Assembly (NCBI RefSeq): GCF_001194135.2
Contig: NC_068997.1
Coordinates: 19,363,436-19,419,434, forward strand
Source of the DNA: Octopus bimaculoides
Taxonomy: Eukaryota
Length of the DNA stretch: 55,999 bases
Reading direction: 5' to 3'
Numbering within the stretch: the first letter of the stretch is position 1; each line of letters begins with the position of its first letter. Below are positions 1-13,485 of the stretch, one piece after another. The position numbers and the translations under genes are program-made. The notes under the pieces were generated by a model that searched no databases, had not been told where the DNA came from, and was given only the letters and a program-made list of their open reading frames with translations.

Positions 1-28
1 TATATATATATATATATATATGTATATA

Positions 29-447
29 GGTGCAGGAGTGGCTGTGTGGTAAGTAGCTTGCTTACCAACTACATGGTTCCGGGTTCAGTCCCCACTGCAT
101 GGCACCTTGGGCAAGTGTTTTCTACTATAGCCTTGGGCCAACCAAAGCCTTGTGAGTGAATTTGGTAGAAGGAAACTGAAAGAAACCTGTTGTACATGTG
201 TGTGTGTGTGTGTATTTGTGTGTCTGTGTGTGTGTGTATTTGTGTGTCTGTGTTTGTCCCCCCACCATCACTTCACAACCAATGTTGGTGCATTCACATC
301 CCTGTAACTTAGCAGTTCGGCAAAAGATACTGATAGACTAAGTACTAGGTACTAGGCTTACAAAGAATAAGACCTGGAGTCAATTTGGGCGACTAAAGGC
401 GGTGCTCCAGCATGGCTGCAGTCAACTGACTGAAACAAGTAAAAGAA
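29..447 (+). mobile_element. SINE family A (tRNA-like head, internal TG/TA microsatellite, A-rich tail), near full length
   Basis: A-box-like TGGCTGTGTGG, B-box-like GGTTCAGTCCC, tail ending GAAACAAGTAAAAGAA; aligns by eye with copies at 21578 and 29965. Confidence 0.9.
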
Positions 448-459
448 TATATATATACC

Positions 460-782
460 TTGTTTTTGGATTTGGTTTGCAAGATTCTTTATGTAAGTTC
501 GTGTGTTGAAGCAATTTTTTGTTGTGTCTGGGGAGAGTCATTCTCTTTTAGTGCCTCAGTATTTAACACATTCACTGGTACAGTTTCCACTCATTTACTT
601 ATTTATTGTTCCTAAAATTTTCGTTGCGTCTCGAAACTTTTTTAATAGACGTTGACTTTGTCCATTATCCACAGCTCAGATAACGGACAGAGTCAACGAC
701 TATTGAAAAGGATGCAAGATGTAATGAAAATTTTAGAAAAATAAATAAGTAAATGAGTGGAAACTTTACTGGTGAGTGTGTT
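460..782. mobile_element. Palindromic Penelope-like element; imperfect arms 565-663 and 685-782
   Basis: Arms of ~98 bp are reverse complements with scattered mismatches; outer end reads FNTRTYIKNLANQIQK on the minus strand; related to 14747 and 38585 copies. Confidence 0.7.
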
Positions 783-934
783 ACACACACACACACACAC
801 ACATATATGTATATATATATATGTATGTATGTACATATGTATTTATATATATATACATCATCATCATCATCATTATCATTTAGCATGTCTTCAAATATAT
901 ACTTATACATATATATATGTATATATATATATAT

Positions 935-1113
935 AAGCACCCACCACACTCTCAGAGTGGTTGGCATTAGGAAGGGCATGCAGCTGTAGAAACTCTACAA
1001 AATCAGATTGGAGCCTGGTGTCGCCTCCTGGTCCACCAGTCCTCAGTCAAATCGTCCAACCTATGCTAGCATGGAAAGCGGACGTTAAACGACGACGGTG
1101 ATGATGATGATGA
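935..1113 (+). mobile_element. RTE-type LINE 3' end with (GAT)n tail
   Basis: Matches the 3' UTR that follows the RTE ORF2 terminus at 47840-48030. Confidence 0.85.
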
Positions 1114-1126
1114 TATATATATATAT

Positions 1127-1164
<38 letters not shown>

Positions 1165-1204
1165 TATGTTTGTAGTATGTATTTATGTCTTTATATATAT
1201 ATAT

Positions 1205-1335
1205 GTATCTTGAGAGGGTCATTATGCCAATAATAAAAACACACGCTGGTTCTATTTCACATCTTTGTTATTCATTTATCGATAGCGCCTATTTAACCAA
1301 TTAACAGCTATGTTTGTCAAAGTCCTTTTGTCACC
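1205..1335. mobile_element. Single-arm fragment of the palindromic family seen at 31722-32006
   Basis: GTATCTTGAGAGGGTCATTATGCCAATAATAAAAACACACGCTGGTTCTATTTC matches the 31722 arm. Confidence 0.6.
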
Positions 1336-1899
1336 ATTCATGGCCCCTTCAATGACCTGCCCTCTCTGCTCCAGGTCAGCTTCAGGTCTGTCTGTTTGTC
1401 TATCTCTTAATTTTAAAGTTCTATATTTTTGTAGTTGTATGGATGTGAGTGGGAATGTACATGAAAGGGGGACTGTGAAATCGTTGTGTTGCTACCAAAA
1501 ATATCTCATCAAATGCATATATATCATCATCATTGCCATCATCAATGGTGGTGGTGGTGGTGGTAGATGCAGCAGTAGTTATCTGTTATTCCCATAGACT
1601 TAAACTCTGGATTAGTTTCAGATCATAGTAACCTGATTAGTAAGTAGAAGAGCGGTGCAACTTTTGTTCTTGGAAACACTATGAAGCCATACTAAAACAC
1701 AACTCAACACCAACAACTCAAGTCTTCAAGGATCTTATATTCATTACAATATCTACAAGACAATGACCTTTTCTTGAAATACCATTCTTAGTCATGATAT
1801 TCTAATCATCTCCACTCCTTTAAGAATCAGCGTTCTTAGAACCACCATTCTTATCTTCACCATTTCTAACATCAATATTCTTAACATCACCATCCATAG

Positions 1900-1937
<38 letters not shown>

Positions 1938-2374
1938 NNNNNNNNNNNNNNNNNNNNNNNNNNNNNNNNNNNNNNNNNNNNNNNNNNNNNNNNNNNNNNN
2001 NNNNNNNNNNNNNNNNNNNNNNNNNNNNNNNNNNNNNNNNNNNNNNNNNNNNNNNNNNNNNNNNNNNNNNNNNNNNNNNNNNNNNNNNNNNNNNNNNNNN
2101 NNNNNNNNNNNNNNNNNNNNNNNNNNNNNNNNNNNNNNNNNNNNNNNNNNNNNNNNNNNNNNNNNNNNNNNNNNNNNNNNNNNNNNNNNNNNNNNNNNNN
2201 NNNNNNNNNNNNNNNNNNNNNNNNNNNNNNNNNNNNNNNNNNNNNNNNNNNNNNNNNNNNNNNNNNNNNNNNNNNNNNNNNNNNNNNNNNNNNNNNNNNN
2301 NNNNNNNNNNNNNNNNNNNNNNNNNNNNNNNNNNNNNNNNNNNNNNNNNNNNNNNNNNNNNNNNNNNNNNNNNN

Positions 2375-2441
<67 letters not shown>

Positions 2442-3394
2442 TATATATATATATATACATATATAAACAAAGCAGTGTGCCATTCATATCACTAACTACT
2501 TAACAGAGAGTAATGTATTTTATCGTATCACTGGCAAAAATTAATTCTTGAACCCTTTAGTCACAGGCAATAGCTGACCTTCTGCATGATGAATATGTTA
2601 TGTACATTCCAAGTATTACATAAATAATAGCACGAAGGAGTGATGGGAAATAAACAAGCTATAAGTTAGTTCAAATATATTTGTGAAATATTTTAACTTC
2701 AGAAAGCAATTTCACTACAGTTTACTGTGGAGAAAAAAATACTCACTTATGGTAAAAAAAAAAATGCAAATACATCAATATTAGTTCAGTGATGCCTTCT
2801 ATGGACTCCTAGATACATTTCCGTCTTGTTATGCTCTCTTCAGAATTTTTCTCTTTATCACAAGTGTAATTTTTATTTGTTAGAAATTTTAGTGGTTCCC
2901 TTTCTTAAATATGATAGCCTCTGCTGCATCATATATTTTTTCATGTGTGTTAGAGTAATTTCCACCACCTCCCTCTTCAGTCAATTTTATTCTTACTTCT
3001 ATCTGACACTTATAGTCTATTCTGAATGAAGGAACTAAAGACAATATTATTGAAAGCAGTTCTTCTTCATATGGTTCACTTAAGAACATGATAGTTATGT
3101 TGAGTTCAGCACACACCACAAGTATGATCAGCAAACAATTTGCTTCTTTGATATGACCAAAGATATCAACAGACAATCAGTGCTGTTGACTTTTTCCCTA
3201 TAAAATATGGCATCTATTCCTGGGAGTTAGTTGAAGTGAGGTATGTGCAATAACATGTCCTACTCAAATACATCTGAAGTAGATTCAAAGGCATGGTTTG
3301 CATTAATTCATTCACCAAGTTATGTTAACTTCCTCACATTTTGAGTACTCTAGACCATGTATAAGCAATCTTAATCAAACAGCATGCCTCATGA

Positions 3395-3451
3395 CACACT
3401 GCTCATCATAAATTTAGCCACACTGCTCATCATAAATTTAGCCACACTGCT
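3395..3451. repeat. 24-bp tandem duplication (2.4 copies)
   Basis: CACACTGCTCATCATAAATTTAGC twice, then CACACTGCT. Confidence 0.9.
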
Positions 3452-4389
3452 AAAACAGTGATTCTAGCAAGTATTAAATGTAGTACAGAAAACACCCTCC
3501 AAAAAGAAAGTCATAAAAATTTGATTATTAGAAAGAGTGAGAGAAAAGAAACAAAACTGCTCAAATTAAATTACAGAGTCAGACCTAATGATTATGGGAC
3601 AAAATTATAGAAAGTTATTGTATGTCTATAATCATGGCATCATACATGCCATTCAAAAAAATCATGACACAAAATACTGTTCATGACTCGTTTGTTACAG
3701 ATTGCTTATTCCTGCCGTAAGCATTAATATTTTCCAACAATGATAATTATAGTGGATCACATCATAATTAATTAAACAGTGTTAATGTTTTATTTATACA
3801 ATAAAGATTTTTATGAACAACATGATGTTTGTGAGTGAAGGGGTTGGGGTTTAGTATATAAATAGGAAGAAAATTATAATAAATGTACAAACAGTTACAC
3901 TTACATCATATAGGTAGTTATTTAATAATGATCCTGGATGTCCTAGCTCTGCTCAAATTACTAATCTTTGAGAAGTACTTAATAACCAAGACCAAATTCC
4001 AAAAATGAAATATTAAGTGACAATGTTTTTGTGACTTGTTGAAAATATTTATCAACACATATAGTTAAACTAAATGAGTAATGGAGTGAAAGACTAACTA
4101 GACCTGGGAAATTTAATATGAACAATTCTCTTATTTGTTTTATTGGCAATTAAGCAGGACAAATATGTAGATGATAAATTTCATAATTGATTATGGTAGT
4201 AGGGATTGTGTCATTCAAAATCTAAATATTAGCAGTGACTGAGAAAAAATTTCTGACACCACAAGCGATAACATCCTAATGACATGTCAGGGTACAAGGG
4301 CATGATATTCTGATTGGAAAACAACCTGAAACTTTGATAATGAAAGGAGAATTCTATAAAATGACAGACAGAAGCTTGTAGTGACAGGT

Positions 4390-4619
4390 TTAACCCTTTA
4401 GTCTTCAGATTACTCTGAAAAATGTAAAGTATATTTATTGACATTGATTTGAATTAATCACGCATTGTTCTTATAGGTTTGAGATTTCAATGATGCAATT
4501 GTTTGGTTTTAGGGTGACATTGTAGGTAAGGTATGAGAAGCCAGATCTAGCTAGTTTGATCATAAAACAGTTTGAATATGTGGGGAGGATATGGCCTGGT
4601 TTAAATGCTAAAGGGTTAA
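4390..4619. mobile_element. piggyBac-type MITE with TTAA target duplication
   Basis: TTAA-CCCTTTAG (4390-4401) and CTAAAGGG-TTAA (4608-4619); TTAA plus CCC/GGG termini is the piggyBac signature; no ORF. Confidence 0.75.
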
Positions 4620-4829
4620 AACTCTTCAGCTTTGAGGAGTGATGTGAATGCCTGACAGTGCCCCAAATTCAAAACTCCCATCTTGTCTATGCTTTGAAAA
4701 AGACTAAAAGATTTGTCAAGGATATGAGCAGAGGAAATGTTTCCTGACACAAATATGCCATACTGGCATTCCTTTAAGATTATTGCCAAGGCTTCAGTTT
4801 TAACACATCTTCACATTAGCAAATGAGGC

Positions 4830-5270
4830 AAGCTGATACCCTCACAGAGTGGATACTAACAATAGGATAACTGATGAACCTTCCACCTAAGAGTATCTGT
4901 TCCTCTCACAAAACAAGGAAGACAAGGTATGCCAATTTGGGTAAACACTCTATCATACAAGGTATGGTCATCTGGTTGTAGCACATTACTGAAACTGTAT
5001 ACTTGTTGTTCATTTCTGCCAAACCTTTTAGAAATATCTTTCTCTTGGTCCATTTCAATTGTCGCTTCATACCAATTCTCTATTTGGAAGTTCAGACAAA
5101 CCAAACCCCAAGCAGTATAATCAAATTATCCAGTTAGTAAGGACCTGCCCATTCAGCTGCTGAGATGGGAGCCTACTGATTTCTCCTGGTTTGTTTTAGT
5201 TCTTGTCATCTTAAGTTCTACTAGTTTGACACATGCCACCTTGATTTCAGAGGAGTACATCACCTCCTGT
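4830..5270 (-). pseudogene. Highly degenerate LINE (possibly RTE) ORF2 remnant
   Basis: Broken minus-strand peptides VMYSSE (cf. LLYGSETW), SHLSS (cf. FHLRCL) and RGTDTLRWK (cf. RGRPRLRW) in the expected order. Confidence 0.25.
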
Positions 5271-5753
5271 TACAATACCATTACATCGCTTTCTATTACA
5301 ACACTGTACTCTTTTGTTACACCTTAAGTGAAATATCACCACAAATTCTCAGCTTTTTCAGCCAGAGCTTGACTACCAAATACATACAAAATCTTTCTAA
5401 AAATTGGTAAGATTGAATATCCTTCTTAATATACCACAAACATACAAATCAGTTCCTATAAGTGGCTGTTTTCATGGAACCTCAAACAGATGTTATTATA
5501 AAAAAAGCAGTCAACCATCACCTGATAATACAGTGTGGCTCAAAAGTCACACATCAATATAAGTTCAATATGCTCTAGTTTCATCAGTAAACGTTCTTCA
5601 ATTTTTCTATAATTGAATAAAATACAATAATGAGTACACATATACTTGGACATGATGAACAAAATAATAATAATAATGACATAAGAATAAAATGTTAAAT
5701 GCTTCGGTGCATGGCTTTTGGCTCAGCCTGTATGCTCTGAAGTGGCCACTTAC

Positions 5754-5803
5754 CAGATATTTATCATTTGTTAGCTCACCATTTAAGTAATTAGATAAGC
5801 AAT
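5754..5803 (-). CDS. Candidate coding exon, (D)CLSNYLNGELTNDKYL, phase 1 to 0
   Basis: Acceptor ttaattatctaatag, donor CTG|GTAAGT; 50 nt; open in only one frame. Confidence 0.55.
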
Positions 5804-5954
5804 CTATTAGATAATTAACTTAATTAACTCTGGTGTATAATAATACAGAGCAATACTTATATGTACTGTCATTTGTCAAACCACTACTTTAAAATGATTA
5901 GAGAAAATTAGTGGATATTATGCTAGTTCTAAGTTACGTACAGTAAATTGATAG

Positions 5955-6112
5955 TCATGACTGTGTGGTAGGCAATTTGATTCCAATGTACATGGTTCCA
6001 GGTTCAGTCTTATTGTGTGGCACATTGAGCAAATGTCTTCCACTTTAGCCCCAGGCCAACCAAAGCCTAGTGAGTGGATATGGTAGATGGAAACTGAAAG
6101 AAACCCATCGTA
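5955..6112 (+). mobile_element. SINE family A, 5' half
   Basis: Diverged head through GGAAACTGAAAGAAACCC, then (TG)n. Confidence 0.8.
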
Positions 6113-6614
6113 TGTATATGTGTGTGTGTGTGTGTGTGCATGCATGTGTGTGTATGTACATGCATGTATGTGTATGTGTGAGTGTGTGTGGGAATGCGTA
6201 TGTGTGAACCATAAGGCCCTTATACCTATAACAACCCTGAGAAACTACCCAGTGTGCCTTAAGAGAACACTGACAACTGTCTTATCTGGCTACAGCCCTG
6301 CCTGGCTGCAACCATACCTGGCCGCAGCCCTACCTAGCAACAGTGTCACATGCAGCAACCAGCTTAGAAGCATCAGCAACAAATGATACTAGTATCAGCA
6401 GCAACAGCAGCAGCACTGCAGCAACATCTCTTGCAGCAGTAGCAACAGCAATTCATTTCAATTCTCTTCACATCTAAGATGCCTTACAGGAATATTAATA
6501 CAATACAACACAGACATGTAGTACAAAAGTTTCTTTGCAGTCCAAGATACAATAACAATCAATACATTACAAATGTTCTTAATCAAGCCAATAATAAAAC
6601 CTCTATCTGATTGC

Positions 6615-6765
6615 TTGATCTGCTAAAAATAACAACCAAATTTCTTCTATTTCTTTTAAAGGGTAATCACAATGGATATTAAAACAATTTTAAGAAAAAA
6701 AATATGATAGACACAGTTGGAACAGCCTTGACCAAAGGTCTGCTTAAACAATAACAAATATATAG
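6615..6765 (+). mobile_element. Dispersed repeat, probable SINE 3' portion; related pieces near 29295-29455 (-), 33030-33152 (+), 50893-51075 (+)
   Basis: Shared CTGCTA(G/A)AAATA(G/A)CA... start and GACCTGGGG(C/T)TAAACAACA-like end among copies. Confidence 0.5.
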
Positions 6766-6963
6766 TCAGTTATAATACAAAACACTATTCCGGGGCAGTT
6801 GTATGTCTTGTAGGGCCATCGGTCTACCCCTGGGAAGTTTCTCTCCAGTGCATAGATCTAAGCAAGGCCAGTTGTTGCCCATGGATGCAAACTTCCCTTC
6901 TCTATGCAGCTAATGTTGTCCAAGTTAAAAGCAAGATCCAGTACATGTGTAGTTCACATGGTA

Positions 6964-7005
<42 letters not shown>

Positions 7006-7649
7006 AATATATGAGTATATGCATATATATGTACATGTATGTATATACGTTCATCTACATGTACATATATNNNNNNNNNNNNNNNNNNNNNNNNNNNNNN
7101 NNNNNNNNNNNNNNNNNNNNNNNNNNNNNNNNNNNNNNNNNNNNNNNNNNNNNNNNNNNNNNNNNNNNNNNNNNNNNNNNNNNNNNNNNNNNNNNNNNNN
7201 NNNNNNNNNNNNNNNNNNNNNNNNNNNNNNNNNNNNNNNNNNNNNNNNNNNNNNNNNNNNNNNNNNNNNNNNNNNNNNNNNNNNNNNNNNNNNNNNNNNN
7301 NNNNNNNNNNNNNNNNNNNNNNNNNNNNNNNNNNNNNNNNNNNNNNNNNNNNNNNNNNNNNNNNNNNNNNNNNNNNNNNNNNNNNNNNNNNNNNNNNNNN
7401 NNNNNNNNNNNNNNNNNNNNNNNNNNNNNNNNNNNNNNNNNNNNNNNNNNNNNNNNNNNNNNNNNNNNNNNNNNNNNNNNNNNNNNNNNNNNNNNNNNNN
7501 NNNNNNNNNNNNNNNNNNNNNNNNNNNNNNNNNNNNNNNNNNNNNNNNNNNNNNNNNNNNNNNNNNNNNNNNNNNNNNNNNNNNNNNNNNNNNNNNNNNN
7601 TATATAATTATATATCATGAAATTAGCATTTGCTTATCTCACTCTTTCT

Positions 7650-7715
7650 CGTGGAACCCCTAGGAAACCTTTGCAGAACCCTAGGGTTCGAGGGAACCCC
7701 TGTTGAGAAACACTG
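7650..7715. mobile_element. hAT-like MITE end
   Basis: Ends GTTGAGAAACACTG (reverse complement CAGTGTTTCTCAAC, hAT-like TIR) with GGAACCCC subterminal repeats; similar end GTTGAGAACCACTG at 46703-46716. Confidence 0.55.
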
Positions 7716-8049
7716 CTCTACTGCCTTAAATAACGAAGGGCTTATTGGACAATATGGTCCAGCATGCTTACTAAGAAGGTATCTATCAAGTCAAGGCTAT
7801 AGTATAAGACCCTTAACCAAAGTGCCATGCCATGGAACCAAACCATGAAAAAGTGGTTGTCAAGGGAAATTCTTAACTATGGATTGTGTTGTTGTTGAGT
7901 TTTTGTTTTTGTCCTGCAGCTCCAGACTGGCCCTGGTCCAGAAGACCTGTGATCAAAGGTGTGGTCATTTCATATTATTTTCAGGTTCTGTGGGACTACT
8001 TTATTCTTCTCTTAGTGAAGACGATATGGATATGCAGTAACCACTTGTC

Positions 8050-9130
8050 AACATTATCAGTAATAGAGCTTACTATAATAATCATTCTCTCCATCACCAT
8101 GATCATCATGATCATCTCCACCACCACCACCATAAACTACAACAACAACACTACCCTTCTTCCTCTCCTTCCCTCTCCTTCTCTTCCTCATTCTCACCAT
8201 TTTTATCTCCACCGTCAAAACTATCATTCTTGTCATCATCATCATCGTTGTCATTGTCAATGTCATTATCTTCTTTGTCATCATCATCATCATCATCATC
8301 ACCATTAACATCATCATTGACATGATTATTAAAATCATCGATTTCATTATCATCATGGTCCTCATCCATCTCCTCCTCCTCCTCCTCCTCTTCATCCTCC
8401 TCCTCCTCCTCTTCATCCTCCTCCTCCTCAGTACAATTCACCTCTTCCTCATCCGCATCCTCATCATCAACTCCAGCATCATCAGCATCATCACCACCAC
8501 TACCAATACAACCACCATCATCACCACCACCCTCACCACCACTATCATCATCATCATCATCACCATCATCATCGTTGTCATCATCACTTTCATCAGCTGT
8601 GTCATGTAATCAGTTGAGTGACCATTTTGATTAAGCAAAATCCTACTTGTATCATATCTATTTGATTGATTTTATGCAACACTGGAGTAGAAGATTATCC
8701 ACAGAACAATTCATTAATCATAGCTTTCCGGTGGACATTACACTCAGCTCATCATCCAGCAATTTCAGTCTGTGTGTGTGTGTGTGTATGTCCAGTTCCA
8801 ATCTCCTTAAACTAAGGATTCTTCTAATTTTATCATCAACGACAAGAGCATCCAGCTGCAAAATACCATGTTTAATGCATCCGCTTTGCAGGAAATACTG
8901 CTGCTGCTGCTGCAGCCGCCATGACCACCTCTGCCACCACCACCACCACCACTGTCACCAGCAGCACCACCACTCCTCCTCCTCTCCTTCTCCTCCTCTC
9001 CTTCTCCTCCTCTCCTTCTCCTCCTCTCCTTCTCCTCCTCTCCTTCTCCTCCTCTCCTTCTCCTCCCCTCCTTCTCCTCCTCTCCTTCTCCTCCTCCCCT
9101 CACCCTCCCCTACTACTACTACTACTACTA
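8050..9130. repeat. Compound trinucleotide cluster (CAT, CCT, CAC, CTG, CTA) with a 14-bp CTCCTCCTCTCCTT tandem (~8 copies, 8976-9087)
   Basis: Read directly from sequence. Confidence 0.9.
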
Positions 9131-9588
9131 CTCACTTTAAGTTTTCCATTGATTGTATATGAGATCAAACCTTTGAGGTAGTTTTTCGTTTGCCATCTCA
9201 ATTTTGGTCTTATTTTCTAGCAGTCTGACCTTTCATACATTCATACACATATACATACACCCACCCACCCACATACATACACACATATACACACATGTAC
9301 ATACATATATATATATGTTTGTGCATGCAAATTCGTTGTATGCGACAGAAGCAATATTAGTTTAAAACAGCAACCTGTGTATCATACTCAATCAAACTCA
9401 CTGTTTGTGAACCTAATTAACTGCAGTATTCATCCTGAGATAACACCACTTATAGATATACAGAGCTAAAAAAACACAGGAATTGTTGTTTACCTTCTCC
9501 CTTGCTGCACCAAAGGAAAAAAGAAAAATACAAAGAATTGCTCCCTGTAAACTCATTTGCTAATTCATGCAAGTTTATGATTCCTTCT

Positions 9589-9850
9589 GGCCTAGTGGTT
9601 AGACTGTTGCACTAATGATCGCCAGATCATAGATTTGATTCCCTGATCGGGTGGCACGAATGTGTTCTTGAGCAAAACACTTCATTTCACGTTGCTGCAG
9701 TCCCCCTTTCAGTCAGTTTGTTAAATGTTGGCCTGTTTGCCTGGCCAGTTGGGGTGGCATCATTTGAAGGCTAAAACAATGCAAAAAACGCATTGTGACC
9801 AGTGATGTGTAACAACATCTGATAGCCTGGTCAGTCATGTGATCACATGA
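9589..9850 (+). mobile_element. SINE family C (tRNA-like head plus conserved central domain)
   Basis: GGCCTAGTGGTTAG head and GTGTTCTTGAGCAAAACACTTCATTTCACGTTGCT core shared with 21295 and 40581. Confidence 0.75.
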
Positions 9851-10202
9851 TACTAATGACTAGCATGATGCCAAATTTATAAAGATTTCAACCCAATTCT
9901 TCCCTAATTATGTTCAAATTCTTAAGCTCACTATATTCAATGTTTCCCACAACATTTTGACCCCTAAACCATAAATGAAATGGTGCAGTCTTGAAAGAAT
10001 AGAAAAATTACATTGTGATATAATTTCTTTTGAGATTTTTTCAAGTAGCGCAGTTATTATAAGTTAACCCTTCCAAGTGGCTGTTTACTAAGTTGTACTT
10101 TTTTTTAAGTACTACTTAAAAGTACATATAATTGTTCTAACTACTAAATTAATTGTGACTGAGTTAAATTTGTCTTAACTAGATTAGGAAGAAACACATA
10201 TG

Positions 10203-10360
10203 TCAGGTTGGTGCATAATTATTGCGGCTTTTTTTCAACAAATTTTATTCAACAAAAACAATAACAACATGTAACAAAAACATCTTTAAATGATTATTCC
10301 AGAGCATATTCACCATCTACTTCAATTACTGCTTCCCATTTGCTTGGCAGACGATCAGAC
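10203..10360 (-). mobile_element. Mariner transposon 3' end (TIR plus transposase C-terminus)
   Basis: TIR-like TCAGGTTGGTGCATAATTATTGCGGC; minus strand DRLPSKWEAVIEVDGEYALE* resembles mariner transposase C-termini. Confidence 0.8.
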
Positions 10361-10714
10361 CATCATTTAAAGATGTTTTTATTAAATATAACTGGAATGC
10401 ACATGTGTTATTTTATTTTTTTATTTTTATATATTTTATCTAGTTGCAGCTCATGAGCTGTAGCCATGCTGGGGCACCGCCATTTGTGTATGCTGTAGTG
10501 AAAAGTATGTTATGTTTAAAGAAGTGGGGCAGCCCAGGGCCATCTTAGCAGCATTACCGGTCACCAGGGGAAAGCAATAGAGCAGGGCTCCTTCTTATTT
10601 AACCACAGATAGGTTACAAAGACTTTATAGATTAGTGTTGAGTTCCTTAAATCTATGGAAACCCCTGGAACTACCTAATGTTCCCATGACTTGAGATGGC
10701 ATTGGGGCAGCCAA

Positions 10715-11138
10715 AATTTTTTGAGGCAGAATTTTCTATACTTGGATGTCCTTACCACTTCATCTCATGTCTTCCTGGATCTCTCCCTCTTCTGTGGGTA
10801 CCATCCACTTTCAATGATCGGCACTTCTTTATGCAGCTGTCTTCATTCATATGCATCACATGTCGAAACCAATGTAGTCTTCTTTCTTGCATGCTATATT
10901 TGCTTCCTTTTATTCCTATCTTATCTCTTAATACATTTGCACTTTGTCGTACATGCACACTGATGTTGCACATCCATCGGAACATACTACCCCCATTTCT
11001 CTTCAGTCTAAACATGTCTTTTGCATTCAGAGCTCACATCTCACTACTATGAGTATAGCCATTTGTTTGCACACAAACATCATATAGTCTATCTTTCACT
11101 CTGAGAGAGAGTCCTTTTGTTGCTAACAGAGGTAATAT
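10715..11138 (-). mobile_element. RTE-clade LINE ORF2 C-terminal fragment (decayed)
   Basis: LPLLATKGLSLRVKDRLYD...MFRWMCNISVHVRQSANVLRDKIG...QERRLHWFRHVMHM; homologous to 47408-47737. Confidence 0.9.
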
Positions 11139-11144
11139 ATATAC

Positions 11145-11187
<43 letters not shown>

Positions 11188-12153
11188 TAGCTGATATTGT
11201 TGTGCATTTCTATATGACGTGCTTTTTCAAGATGAATTCTGCATGTGTTTGTGTGTGCATGCATGCATGTGTGCATGTATGTATGTATCTCTGTGAGTGT
11301 ATGTATACAGGTATGTATGTATTGTATGTATGTATGTACGTATACATATTTACACACATATACATACAGCAGTTTTAGAATCAACTATTTCTCTGTAATT
11401 TTCCTGTGGATCAAATTTTGGATGTTTCAGTTTTCTAAGGGTTAACATCTTATATATAAAATGGCATGAAATATTTGGAAATTATTTCCATAAAAATAAA
11501 AAGAGGATAAAGTGGAACATTCAAAGATGCCTATGAAAAATCAATAAGTCTTTTTCCTCTTGTTTATGACTTTTTTTAATTATTACATAAAGGAATTTGA
11601 AGAAAATATCACAAGATACACCCAATCTAAAAGAAACATAAATAAATTTATCTAAACATTAAATATTATATTGAAAATATCTTCTATATTACTGTTTCAG
11701 TATTCTGTTTAAAGATTTGAGCAAGAGGAATCTTTTTAAAGTTCAATTTTTAACATTCAGAGAACATATTCCTTTTTATTTCATATATAAATGTATGAGT
11801 GAGTGTACATATGTATATATGTATATATANNNNNNNNNNNNNNNNNNNNNNNNNNNNNNNNNNNNNNNNNNNNNNNNNNNNNNNNNNNNNNNNNNNNNNN
11901 NNNNNNNNNNATATATATATAAATGAAGTCCAATTTTTTCTGGCATTCAATTGCCATACTTCGTTATCTCCCATAATTTCATTCAGTTATTTTATTTTAT
12001 TTTATTTTATCTTATTTTATTCATTTACATGATTGCTTTATTATTTTTTGTGTGGCATTAATACTCACACACACACACAAACACAAACATACACACACAT
12101 ACACACACACATGCACACACACATACACACATACGTGCATACACATACTCATG

Positions 12154-12188
<35 letters not shown>

Positions 12189-12389
12189 TTATAAATTTAT
12201 ATTTATGATATATCTTTATATTCATATCAATGTATCCATCTACCTTTACACACACATATAAAGCATGAAAGCGTGTATATGTATGTATATGTATATGTAT
12301 GTGTATCTGTATGTATATGTATGTGTATCTGTCTGTCTGTCTGTTTCTCTGTCTCCCCCTCTCTCTCTCTCTCTCTCTCCCTCCCTGTG

Positions 12390-12428
<39 letters not shown>

Positions 12429-12445
12429 AACGCACACACATGCAT

Positions 12446-12477
<32 letters not shown>

Positions 12478-12484
12478 TCGCATA

Positions 12485-12515
<31 letters not shown>

Positions 12516-12824
12516 ATTGCATGTGTGTGTGTGTGTGTGGTGGTTTATGTATATAATATTACAGAAAATACAAGAAAATAAGTTAAGGAAAAGTAACAGA
12601 ATAAAAACAAGACTTTGCCTGAATATCTTTTTACCCCTTCCTGCCCACCCATTTGTTCAGCTGAAGAAAATGGTAAATATTGAATATGTATAGGGGAAGT
12701 GGCAAATACAGTCTAGAATTTGATACTTATACTTTGAAAAGCACAATTGCTGGTGGTGCAATAATCTCAGACAAGAATGCTGAAGTTATGGGATAGGTGC
12801 AGCACACGCACACACACATACACA

Positions 12825-12864
<40 letters not shown>

Positions 12865-12994
12865 AAAGGATGGTGAACATTTAGATATAATTAGATCGGA
12901 GAATCTATTTCGACAGAGAACAAGCTCGGAGCAATAAAACAGTGTTATACAAGTTCTTAGTCAGCTTGGACAGGAATAATGTTCCTCTGATAAG

Positions 12995-13042
12995 AATATA
13001 TTATTATTATCATCAACATCATCATCATCATTATTATTATTA

Positions 13043-13097
<55 letters not shown>

Positions 13098-13099
13098 CA

Positions 13100-13135
<36 letters not shown>
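12995..13135. repeat. (ATT)n/(CAT)n microsatellite
   Basis: Read directly from sequence. Confidence 0.95.
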
Positions 13136-13370
13136 GACAATGTTATTGTTTGCTACCAACAATCGTAACTACAACAATTGTATCAACAACAACAGCAATG
13201 ACAGGAACAACATGCAATAAGTGAACAATAATTAAACAAACAAAAGAAAAAGGGAGAGAAAAAAAATTCTCTCGTAAAAGCGAACCAACTATGAAGAATA
13301 TTTTACAGAATCACAATATCCATATCCATATCTGTATATGAATATACATATACCATATATGTGTGTGTGT

Positions 13371-13413
<43 letters not shown>

Positions 13414-13439
13414 TACATTTGCACACACACACACACATG

Positions 13440-13485
<46 letters not shown>

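Noticed and set aside
5529-5550. Tc1-like TIR starts (TACAGTGTGGCTCAAAAGT here; TACAGGGTGCAGCAAAATG reversed at 17211-17234)
   Set aside because: Solo ~20-bp matches with no partner TIR or transposase sequence; too weak to call.
8725-8945. ~70-codon open minus-strand frame (QQQQQYFLQSGC...LDDELSVMSTGKL*)
   Set aside because: It spans CAG and CA microsatellites and has no suitable donor site.
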